64,000 nucleotides of DNA from the NCBI GenBank assembly GCA_963781585.1, contig CAWAGQ010000004.1, positions 576,001 through 640,000 on the forward strand, read 5' to 3'. How positions within the stretch are numbered: position 1 is the stretch's first letter; each line of letters begins with the position of its first letter. This DNA is from an uncultured Gemmatimonadaceae bacterium (lineage in GTDB: Bacteria; Gemmatimonadota; Gemmatimonadetes; Gemmatimonadales; Gemmatimonadaceae). This document shows, piece by piece, positions 31,536 to 40,633 of the stretch. The notes under the pieces were generated by a model that saw only the letters and a program-made list of their open reading frames with translations, ran no database searches and was not told the origin of the DNA. Both the position numbers and the translations under genes were made by a program.

Positions 31536-32952
31536 TTAGGGCATTGGATTCAAGGTAAGGCCCAGGTGGGAAACGATGTTGCTCCATGAACTGAACCAGA
31601 TCTCGCAGCCAGACGTACAAGTCTCCCCATTTCGGCCAGTGGTTCCGGCAAAAAGAATGCCTACATGAAAGTACCAGTTTCCCTGCACGAGCCAGAACAC
31701 AGGTGCCCCGCTGTCGCCGCCGCCAACACGACTGCCGGTCATCCGTGCTGCACAGAGCACGAGCGTAGTATCGCCGCCTACCTCGTAAACTGGCTGGTAT
31801 TCGCAGGTCGCGGCCACCGTCCCGCGTGTCCACCCGGTCGTCCTGCCCACTTTGTCTACGGTCTGTCCCACATAAGCATCTTGCGGACCGTATGTGTTGG
31901 TGAACCACCCATGCGCTTCAAGGGAGCCGGCGCCGTAGTTCTGACCAAGCACATCAGTATAGGCTACGCGCTTGGCACCCGTGTCGGCAGGGGTGTTGGC
32001 GTACTTCACGAACATCGCGTCCGCCAAGGCACAAATGGTGATTCCGCCGCATTCCGCATCAGTCCGCGTCCACGCTGGGTTTGTGTGAACCCAGCCAAGG
32101 CGATTCTGGCTGCCGTTACCCACGGTCGGCTGGTGCCTGTAACCGTTGGTGCCTCCCTGTCCGAGCGGGCCATAGTTGCAATGGGATGCTGTGAGGAATC
32201 CTTCGCCGACGTAGGTGGCATGGACGTTCCACCCTAGCGTGCATAACTGGCTGATGTCATTTGAAATCTGATACCCGGCGGATGTTGGACGAATTCGCGC
32301 TGAGAGCGTGTGCAACATCTGCGCTCTTTGCCCGACCTCTATGGTCAGCATTGTGCTCGCCGCGCCAAGGTCATTCGCCACCTGGTAAATTGCGGCGTTC
32401 ACGTCTTGTGAAGCTACGCGGACGACTACGCGGTTCTGTGCTTCATCGGCATCAATGGAAAGGAACCCAGGTACCATTCGTAGCTTGGGGAAGAGAGTCT
32501 TCTCCCACGCGACGAGTTCCGAAAAAGAGAATTGTCCTTGTCTGAAAACGATGCCAGAGCCGCTGAGCACGCGTGACCGGGTCTCCGCCGGCATGGCAAG
32601 TCCGTCCGCAACTGCAATGAAGGCGTTTCGCGCTGCGATCTCGGATCCTCCTTCTTTCAGGTAGATGACAAAATTTCCGTCTCCACTAAGCGATATCCCA
32701 CCCAAGCCCGGAACCTGATTCTCTACCCTCAGGATCTCATCTTCAAACCCACGCAGGGTCCTTCCTTGGGCCGCCGCGAGACGCTCCGTCGCGGCCAGAT
32801 CGACTGCCGGACTCGGCGGCCCCTTGATGGGTGGGGGGGGGGGCAGTACCCGGATCAACGCACGCGACCGCCCCTACGGTCAGGGCAAGAGCTGCCAGAA
32901 AGCCTCCGAAACTGGTCGACATTCCCTGACCGGAATGGAGTGTTGAAATCAT
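31536..32952 (-). pseudogene. S1-family (alpha-lytic/streptogrisin-like) serine protease lipoprotein, frameshifted at a C11 run
   Basis: TASHC, ADAMFV, KVGRTTG and GGDSG in the ORF 31536-32858. RBS, start and lipobox (LALTVGAVAC) lie in a different frame upstream of the G11 tract at 32833-32843. Confidence 0.75.
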
Positions 32953-33200
32953 GTTCCCCTCACTTCGTAGATCGCATGCCGGTCCCACGGTCTCGTCCGT
33001 CCAAGTACCCGGTGCGCAACGCGTCCAGGGAGGCTTGTGCGACGTTGTGCAGGAAATCTGACGCGAGCCTCAATTCGCTCGAATCTGCGGGCGCCTGACC
33101 ACCGAGTCGGGAGATCCCCGACAAGCGGAACCGCTCCCTATTGTTACCGGCGGTCAGCCGGGATTCCCCAGGTAGCGAGGGTTCGCTGGATGATGGCGCG

Positions 33201-33530
33201 TTAGGCGCCTTTGGCGTTAGAGACGTCGGGGGCCGCGGTGCGGGCGATCTCCGCGAGACCGTCGGTCACGTCGCGGTAAGGGTGGACGAAGGCCTGGAGC
33301 GCGGCGAGAAGGGCATCGGTCGATGCGAATACAGCGGGATGGGACGCGAACACCATAACGCCGTGCGTGAGCAGGTTGTTGCTCTGCGAGAACGGCACGC
33401 GTCGCCTGGCGACGAAGTTGATCACGGACGCTTCCCGTGTCTCACCCTCCTAATGAACGACGAAGCGTGCCCGCCGTTGCGCTTGCCGATTGACCATTTC
33501 CACGATCGATCCGTGGTTCAGGATGGCTGA
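33201..33530 (-). pseudogene. Fragment of a hypothetical protein interrupted by an in-frame stop
   Basis: Frame reads SAILNHGSIVEMVNRQAQRRARFVVH*EGETREASVINFVARRRVPFSQSNNLL, with TAG at 33450-33452. Confidence 0.3.
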
Positions 33531-33544
33531 GCACGTGCGAGCGA

Positions 33545-36016
33545 CTAATAGCGCCCCGTCCTCAACAAGCGTCCGAGCGCTTCGTACGCGGTGCCGAACG
33601 CGGTCCAGTCGCCGCGTCGAAGCGCGTCGCGCATGGCAGCATAGAGCGCCTCGACGCGGGCACGGAATTCTTCGGGAGTGGGTGGCGGCGTGTTCACCGG
33701 CGGACCGGGCACGCCGACCGCGTCAGCGATGGTGGCCCCCGATGAGACGCTGTCACCGTGAAGCACCGAGACGTATACCACGTGCGGCGTTCCGTCTGGA
33801 CGCGTGGCGTAATGCGTCTCGATCGACAGCACGCTCCCGGCGCTCGGCACGATTCGAACAGCCCCCTCCAGGAGACGCGTGTCGCTCAGCACGCTCCGTA
33901 ACGAGTCACCGGCGCGTTGCAGCCGATCCACCACCTGCGGCCAACGTGCTTCTTCCGATTCGCGAGGGCGCCAGGACAAGTGTGCTTCGGGTCCGCCCTC
34001 GCCCGTTACCACGCCGCGAAGCCGGTCTCGCGCGTCGAGTACCGCAATGGCGATGGAGAGGAGGCCGGTCGCGTGATCGACGTACGGCGGTGCCGAGCGC
34101 ATGGTGAAGACCGTGTCGGCGCCCGTCTCCCGCGGGAGATGGGACGGCGGGACGTACTCGTTGCGGACGCCGACCTGCGCGAACGCCGCCGCTTCGATGA
34201 TCGTGCCGTCGACGGCGGGTGGCAGCTTGCGCAGCAGATCGCGATCCAGCGCCCCGGGCTCGACGAACAGGCTGGGAAATCGACCCATCCAGGTGACCGT
34301 CACGGGATCGGGATACGGATCGCCGATGGCGATGCTCCGTCCGGTGTGCGCGTTCACCAGCGCGACCGCGGCATGACGCAGGTAGTGCACCAGGTGGCCC
34401 CGCAGATCCATCGCCGCGCTCAGTGGATACCACTCGGAGGTCGCATAGAGATGCACTGCCCAGAAGAGGGAGTCCCGCCACACGATGGGGCTCACCTCGG
34501 ATCCCTGCTCGAAGAACGGATACAGCGCGTGCAGGCGCGCGCGCAGGTCGCGCCGCAGGACGATCCGATTGCGACCCGCCGCGAATGACCCCCGTAACAG
34601 CCCCGGTTCCTGGAGTCGCCAGGCATGGGCCAGACGCACCGAGAACGCGCGGAGGTCCGGTGCGGCGACCCGTCCTGTGGTGTCCGACACGATGGCGTAC
34701 GTGCTCGCCGAATCCGACACCAGCACGCCGTAGAGCGTGGACGCGGTGAGCGTGCCCGACTCGGTCAGCTCCACCAGGCCGCCGCGCTGATCGGCCACAT
34801 CGGCGGCGATTCGCGTGACGTGCCAGGGCGGCTGCGCATCGACGCTTTCCGGCCCCGTCGGCTGCTCCACCGCGACCGCCACCAGGCGTTCGTCATCGAC
34901 CTCCCACCCGAGAGCGCCGTTCACCCGGGAGGACGGACGAACGGGCTCGATGGCGCGTGCGAGCGCGATGCCATCCCAGAGGGAGGCGCCGCGTGCCGCA
35001 TCGACGAACGACGGGGCCGGAGGGGCCGGTGCCTCGCGGGTGAGTCGGTCCACGTCGTAAGCGCGTCGCGTGTACCCGTCCCTTGTGGCGCGGTAGGGCC
35101 GCTCGCGCGCCTCGGGATCGGCCGGGGCGATGAATCGCTCGGCGACGGGCGGGACGATCTGACGCAGGGTGAGGGCGATCAGGAGCACCGCCGTGATGGT
35201 GAAGAATGCCGTCCGAATCTGCGCCGTCCACCCCGACCATACGACGAGCATCGCGCCCGCCACCGCCACCACCGACAGAATGAGATTCACAGGCAGTCCG
35301 ACCCGATGGTCGATCGCCGAAAAGGTCCCGAGGGCGCCACTGCCGCTGGTTAGGAGACCGTACGCGTCCAGGCGATAGGTCCACGACAGCAGGAGGAGCA
35401 GCACGGCGCCAAGGGCGAACAGGTGTCGTCGCACGTAGCCGGTGACGTGCAGTCGGCCGTTGTGCCAGTGCAGGCTGGGCGTGAGCGCGTAGAAGAAGAC
35501 GCACACCAGGAAGACCGAGAGCAGCACGACGAAAGCCCACAGATGCAACGATGATTCGAGCGGGAGCCAGTAGACCCAGAATGCCAGGTCGCGCTGGAAA
35601 TACGGATCGGTCTCCCCGAACAGGGTGCCATGGCGGATGAGGTCGACGGAGATCCAGTCGTTCTGTCGCATCGACAACACCGCTCCCAGCACCATCGAGA
35701 GCACGACCACCGTGATGAGGAGGTACCGCCCGGGCACTTCCTCGCCGATCTCGATGTTGGCGATGCGCCGCGGCAGGCTGAAGGAGCCGAAGGAACGCCG
35801 GACCGCGTACAGATTGACGAACACGAATGCCGACCCGGCCAGAAAGATGCACCCGCGCAACAGGAGCAGATCCGACGCGCGCGCGCGCCACAGGTCGGTC
35901 GCCCCAAGGGCCGCGTACCACTGGTACTCGACGTACCATCCGGCGGCCATTCGACCCAGCAGCAGGAGCGCCGCCAGCGACAGAACGAGCCCGATCAACC
36001 AGCGGCGCGACCTCAC
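33545..36016 (-). CDS. UPF0182 family membrane protein
   Basis: WYVEYQWYAALG, FGETDPYFQRDLAFWVYWLP, ERPY...TRRAY, ALRRGDWTAFG; GTG start inferred. Confidence 0.85.
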   Translation of the reverse strand: MRSRRWLIGLVLSLAALLLLGRMAAGWYVEYQWYAALGATDLWRARASDLLLLRGCIFLAGSAFVFVNLYAVRRSFGSFSLPRRIANIEIGEEVPGRYLLITVVVLSMVLGAVLSMRQNDWISVDLIRHGTLFGETDPYFQRDLAFWVYWLPLESSLHLWAFVVLLSVFLVCVFFYALTPSLHWHNGRLHVTGYVRRHLFALGAVLLLLLSWTYRLDAYGLLTSGSGALGTFSAIDHRVGLPVNLILSVVAVAGAMLVVWSGWTAQIRTAFFTITAVLLIALTLRQIVPPVAERFIAPADPEARERPYRATRDGYTRRAYDVDRLTREAPAPPAPSFVDAARGASLWDGIALARAIEPVRPSSRVNGALGWEVDDERLVAVAVEQPTGPESVDAQPPWHVTRIAADVADQRGGLVELTESGTLTASTLYGVLVSDSASTYAIVSDTTGRVAAPDLRAFSVRLAHAWRLQEPGLLRGSFAAGRNRIVLRRDLRARLHALYPFFEQGSEVSPIVWRDSLFWAVHLYATSEWYPLSAAMDLRGHLVHYLRHAAVALVNAHTGRSIAIGDPYPDPVTVTWMGRFPSLFVEPGALDRDLLRKLPPAVDGTIIEAAAFAQVGVRNEYVPPSHLPRETGADTVFTMRSAPPYVDHATGLLSIAIAVLDARDRLRGVVTGEGGPEAHLSWRPRESEEARWPQVVDRLQRAGDSLRSVLSDTRLLEGAVRIVPSAGSVLSIETHYATRPDGTPHVVYVSVLHGDSVSSGATIADAVGVPGPPVNTPPPTPEEFRARVEALYAAMRDALRRGDWTAFGTAYEALGRLLRTGRY

Positions 36017-36024
36017 GGCCCTGA

Positions 36025-37416
36025 TCAGTGTGCGGGGGACGCGGGCGGCGCGGGCTCCACCCCCTGCGTTCTGAGCCAGTCCTCCATTTCGCCGCGGATG
36101 GCCTCGAGGCGCTCGCGTGACCGCGCTTCGTAGCGCGTCACCAGAACCGGCTGGGTGTTGGACGCGCGAATCAGGCCCCACCCGTCGCCGAACTGCACCC
36201 GGACGCCGTCCACGTCGATCACGTCGAATCTGCTGCGAAAATAGCGAACCGCATCGGCCACGATCTGGAACTTTCGATTCTCGGGGCACTCCACGCGCAA
36301 TTCGGGAGTGGAGACGAACCGCGGCACGTCAGCGAGCATCCGGTCCACCGGTCGTCCTGCCGACGCCACGATGCGGAGGAGCCGGGCCGCGGCGTAAAGC
36401 GCATCGTCGTGCCCGTAGAAGCCTTCGGCGAAGAACATGTGTCCCGACATTTCGCCGGCCACCGGCGCGTGCATCTCCTTCATCTTTCCCTTGATCAGCG
36501 AGTGGCCGGTCTTCCACATGAGCGGACGGCCGCCCGCGTCGGCGATGGCCTGCGGCAGGGCCTGCGAGCACTTCACGTCGAAGATGATCGGCTGTCCCTT
36601 CCCCGTTCGCGCCATCACGTCGCGCGCGTAGAGAATCAGCAGGTAGTCGCCCCAGATGATTTCGCCGTTCGCGTCAACCACGCCGATCCGGTCCGCGTCG
36701 CCGTCGAACGCGATGCCGAGATCCGCACCGCGCGAGCGAACGGCCGCGATCAGGTCCTTGAGATTCGCCACCACGGTAGGATCCGGGTGGTGGTTCGGAA
36801 ACGTGCCGTCACTGTCACAGAACAGATGCGTGGCCTTCACGCCCAGGCGACGGAAGAGCTCCGGCGCGACGAGCGACCCGGCTCCGTTGCCGCAATCGAA
36901 TACCGCCGACATCGCGCGCGCCAGTGGACCGATGCGCGCCACGATGTCGACGATGTAACGCTCGATGATCTCCTCGCGCCGGACTGTCCCCTGTCCGGTC
37001 GGGTAGGCGGCAGCCTCGATGATTCCCCGTAGCTCCTGGATCCCGTCACCGTGGAGTGAATCGAAGCCGACGCAGATCTTGAAGCCGTTGTACTCTGGTG
37101 GATTGTGCGATCCGGTGATCTGGACACCGGCCGCCACCGGGAGATTGTGCAGGCTCCAGTACAGGAGCGGTGTGGGAACGACGCCGATATCGATCACGTT
37201 CACGCCGCCGCTCGTGAGCCCGTCGATCAGGGCCCCGACCAGCGCCGGTCCACTCGGCCGGTTGTCACGTCCCACCGCCGCAGTTCCGGCAATGCCGCGC
37301 CTGGCGAGCAGCGCGGCGAATCCGCGTCCGATTGCTCGCGCCACGTCGGGCGTGAGATCCCGGTCGACGACGCCGCGAATGTCGTACTGGCGAAAAATGT
37401 CCGGAGAAATCGTCAT
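36025..37416 (-). CDS. Phosphomannomutase/phosphoglucomutase
   Basis: IFRQYDIRG, TGSHNP, FDGDADR, GEMSGH, RASNTQP. Confidence 0.95.
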   Translation of the reverse strand: MTISPDIFRQYDIRGVVDRDLTPDVARAIGRGFAALLARRGIAGTAAVGRDNRPSGPALVGALIDGLTSGGVNVIDIGVVPTPLLYWSLHNLPVAAGVQITGSHNPPEYNGFKICVGFDSLHGDGIQELRGIIEAAAYPTGQGTVRREEIIERYIVDIVARIGPLARAMSAVFDCGNGAGSLVAPELFRRLGVKATHLFCDSDGTFPNHHPDPTVVANLKDLIAAVRSRGADLGIAFDGDADRIGVVDANGEIIWGDYLLILYARDVMARTGKGQPIIFDVKCSQALPQAIADAGGRPLMWKTGHSLIKGKMKEMHAPVAGEMSGHMFFAEGFYGHDDALYAAARLLRIVASAGRPVDRMLADVPRFVSTPELRVECPENRKFQIVADAVRYFRSRFDVIDVDGVRVQFGDGWGLIRASNTQPVLVTRYEARSRERLEAIRGEMEDWLRTQGVEPAPPASPAH

Positions 37417-37463
37417 CAATGCCTCGGAAACACAGCGGGCCGCTTGCGCGGCCCGCTGTAAAC

Positions 37464-39053
37464 TCACCGCCGCGGAGCCTGCTGTCCGGCACGTGGTGCG
37501 CTGTCCGGTGGCCGCGCGCCCGGTGGTACGGCGGCCGCGGTGGCCGGCGCCGGCGACACCGGCGGTCGCGACGCGCTTCCGACCATCGACGCGGCGCGCG
37601 TCCAGCGCACCACTGGATCGGGATACACGCCGAACGCCAGCAATACCACCGCCGAGGCGACGATCACCGCGCGGCTGATCCCCGTCACGACAGGCAAGGG
37701 CGGCGCGTTCTCGGGACGCGGCTTCATGTACATCACCATCACCACGTACAGATAGTATCCCGCCGAGACCGTGGTGGTGAGCACCAACAGCACCGACAGC
37801 CGGGTCTGGGGCGCCGGCGCGTTGAGCGCGACCTGCAACACGTACCACTTGGCGAAGAACCCCATTCCCCCGAACACGGGGAATCCGAGCAGGGCGAGCA
37901 TGAACACCGTCATCGCAACGGCAGTCCCGGGTCGCTCGAACCACAACCCGTGGTAGTCCTCGACGCGCTCGCGGGGCGTCTGCGCGGTCCCGAGCCCGAT
38001 GATGATTGCGAACGCGCCCATGACGGCGAGCGTGTAGGCGAGCAGGTAGAAGAGCAAGGCACCCGCGGTCTGCGTGGTGCCAGCGGCCACGGCCACCAGG
38101 ATGAATCCGGTGTGGCCGATGCTGGAATACGCGAGCATGCGCTTGAGATTCCTCTGCTGCAGCGCCACCAGGTTGCCGACGATCATGGTTGCCGCCGAGA
38201 GCCACCAGACCGCGGCGTGCCAGGTCTCGTAGAGCTCGCCGAACGCCTCGAACCAGACGCGCAGCAACGCGGCGAAGGCGGCGGCCTTCACCGCCGCCGC
38301 CATGTATCCGGTGATGGGCGTCGGGGCCCCCTCGTACACGTCAGGCGCCCACATGTGGAACGGAGCCGCCGCCACCTTGAAACCGAACCCGACCAGCAAC
38401 ATGGCCACGCCGATTCGCAACATCGGCTCGCCGCCCAGTACCAGGCCGGTCACGCGCTGGAAGATCACCTCGAGATTGGTCGACCCGGTGGCGCCGTAGA
38501 CGAGGGCGATGCCGTACAGCAGGAACGCGGTCGAGAACGCGCCGAGCAGGAAGTATTTGAGCGCGCCCTCGGCCGCGCGCGCGCTCCGCCGATTGAGACC
38601 CGCCAGCACGTACACCGCCACCGACATTGTCTCGAGGCCGAGGAACAACACCATCAGGTCGCGCGAGGCGGCCATGATCATCATCCCGGCGGTCGCGAAC
38701 AGAATCAGCACGTGCGATTCGGCGGCGTCGATCCCTTCGCGCGCGTTGTAGTCGAGGGAGAGGCCGATCGCGATCACGGTGGCCAGGAGAAACACCAGGT
38801 CCATCGCCCACCGGAATGGGTCGACCGCAATCACGCCCGGCGTAGCCGTCATGCCGCGCGCCGACGCCACCACCACCGCCACCAGAGCCACCAGGGCCAC
38901 CACCATGCTGGCCAGTCCCACGTTCCGCTGGTGGGCGGGACTGTCCGGTCGCCAGGCGGCGTACAGCATGAGACCCATCGCGCCCACGAGCAGCAGCAGC
39001 TCGGGGACCAGTGCGAGCATCAGCCCGGAGGCATGCGACAGGTCGAGGGGCAT
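37464..39053 (-). CDS. nuoN: NADH-quinone oxidoreductase subunit N
   Basis: EGALKYFLLG, FKVAAAPFHMWAPDVY, KRMLAYSSI. Confidence 0.95.
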   Translation of the reverse strand: MPLDLSHASGLMLALVPELLLLVGAMGLMLYAAWRPDSPAHQRNVGLASMVVALVALVAVVVASARGMTATPGVIAVDPFRWAMDLVFLLATVIAIGLSLDYNAREGIDAAESHVLILFATAGMMIMAASRDLMVLFLGLETMSVAVYVLAGLNRRSARAAEGALKYFLLGAFSTAFLLYGIALVYGATGSTNLEVIFQRVTGLVLGGEPMLRIGVAMLLVGFGFKVAAAPFHMWAPDVYEGAPTPITGYMAAAVKAAAFAALLRVWFEAFGELYETWHAAVWWLSAATMIVGNLVALQQRNLKRMLAYSSIGHTGFILVAVAAGTTQTAGALLFYLLAYTLAVMGAFAIIIGLGTAQTPRERVEDYHGLWFERPGTAVAMTVFMLALLGFPVFGGMGFFAKWYVLQVALNAPAPQTRLSVLLVLTTTVSAGYYLYVVMVMYMKPRPENAPPLPVVTGISRAVIVASAVVLLAFGVYPDPVVRWTRAASMVGSASRPPVSPAPATAAAVPPGARPPDSAPRAGQQAPRR

Positions 39054-39054
39054 C

Positions 39055-40629
39055 CTATCGCCCTCCGCGCGAGAACTGTGCGCGCTGCAGCTGGGCGGCC
39101 GCGTCGACGCGTTGCACGAAATTGGACGTCGACGCCTCCATGCGCGTGAGCACGGGCTTAGGATAGACGCCAAGCCAGATGATGCCGGCCAGCAACGGCA
39201 CCAGCAGTCCGATCTCACGCCAGTTCAGGTCGGTGAGCAACGCGTTCCTCGGCTTGTCCAGCGCGTTGTAGATGAGGCGTTGCAGCGCCCAGAGCATGTA
39301 TGCGGCGGCCAGAATCACTCCCACCGCCGAGATCATCGTCATGTAGGGGTAGGTCTTGAACGAGCCCACCATGACCAGGAATTCCGACACGAACCCGTTG
39401 GTCCCCGGCAAGCCGATGCTGCTCAGCGCCACGATCGTCAGCACGGTGGCGAACATCGGCACCACCCGCGCGATGCCGCCGTAATCGGCAATCAGTCGTG
39501 TGTGGGTGCGTTCGTAGATGATGCCCACCAGGAAGAACAGCGCGCCGGTGGACAGCCCATGCCCGATCATGACCATCAGCGCGCCCTGGACGCTCTCCCG
39601 GGTGAGGGCGAAGATGCCCAGCATGACGAATCCCAGGTGCGCGACCGACGAATACGCCACCAGCTTCTTGATGTCCGGTTGCACCAGCGCGACCAGTGAT
39701 CCGTAGATGACGCCGATAACCGCCAGGGCGATGATCACACCGCGGACCACGGGATGCATCGCCACCCCGGGAAAGAACGGCACGGCGAACCGGAGAAACC
39801 CGTACGTCCCGAGCTTGAGCAGGATGCCGGCCAGCACGACCGATCCCGCGGTGGGCGCTTCCACGTGCGCATCGGGCAACCAGGTGTGGAACGGGAACAT
39901 CGGGACCTTGACGGCGAACGCCACGAAGAACGCCGCGAACAGCCAGAACATGACCGCCGGTGTCACGCCGCGTACCGCGAGAATGGCCTCGTAGCTGAAA
40001 TTCGGCGTCCCCTGCGCGTAGCCCGCCTGGAGTCCGAGATAGACGATGGCGACCAGCATCAGCAGCGAACCGACCAGCGTGTACAGGAAGAACTTCACGC
40101 TCGCGTAGATCCGGCGCTCCCCGCCCCAGATGCCGATGATGAAATACATCGGGATCAGCATCACTTCCCACATCACGTAGAACAGGAACAGATCCTTCGC
40201 GACGAACACCCCGAGCACACCGGTGGTCAGCAGGAGCATCAGGGCGTGATAGGCGCTGACCTTGGTGCGCACGCTCGTCCATCCGCCGAGGATGGCCAGC
40301 GGCATCAGGAACGTGGTGAGCAGCACCATCATCAGCGAGATGCCGTCCACACCCACGGCGAAGTGCACGCCCCAGGCGTTGATCCACGGGACGTCCACCA
40401 CCGCCTGCCAGTCGGGCACCGAGGAATCGAGCGACCACCACAGGCCTAACGAGACGATCAGTTCGACCACCAGCACGCCGAACGTGAGGCGACGCGCCAG
40501 GCGGTCGCCGGCCTCACCCTGGGTCACTCGTCCGACCAACCAGACCAGCAGCGCGCCGGCCGTGGGAATGATCAGCAGCGCCGGCAGCACCCAGGCGTTG
40601 TAATGCAGCGCGTCGAGAAAGGCGTTCAT
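39055..40629 (-). CDS. nuoM: NADH-quinone oxidoreductase subunit M
   Basis: WEVMLIPMY, KVPMFPFHTWLPDAHVEAPT, KKLVAYSS. Confidence 0.95.
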   Translation of the reverse strand: MNAFLDALHYNAWVLPALLIIPTAGALLVWLVGRVTQGEAGDRLARRLTFGVLVVELIVSLGLWWSLDSSVPDWQAVVDVPWINAWGVHFAVGVDGISLMMVLLTTFLMPLAILGGWTSVRTKVSAYHALMLLLTTGVLGVFVAKDLFLFYVMWEVMLIPMYFIIGIWGGERRIYASVKFFLYTLVGSLLMLVAIVYLGLQAGYAQGTPNFSYEAILAVRGVTPAVMFWLFAAFFVAFAVKVPMFPFHTWLPDAHVEAPTAGSVVLAGILLKLGTYGFLRFAVPFFPGVAMHPVVRGVIIALAVIGVIYGSLVALVQPDIKKLVAYSSVAHLGFVMLGIFALTRESVQGALMVMIGHGLSTGALFFLVGIIYERTHTRLIADYGGIARVVPMFATVLTIVALSSIGLPGTNGFVSEFLVMVGSFKTYPYMTMISAVGVILAAAYMLWALQRLIYNALDKPRNALLTDLNWREIGLLVPLLAGIIWLGVYPKPVLTRMEASTSNFVQRVDAAAQLQRAQFSRGGR

Positions 40630-40633
40630 GAGC

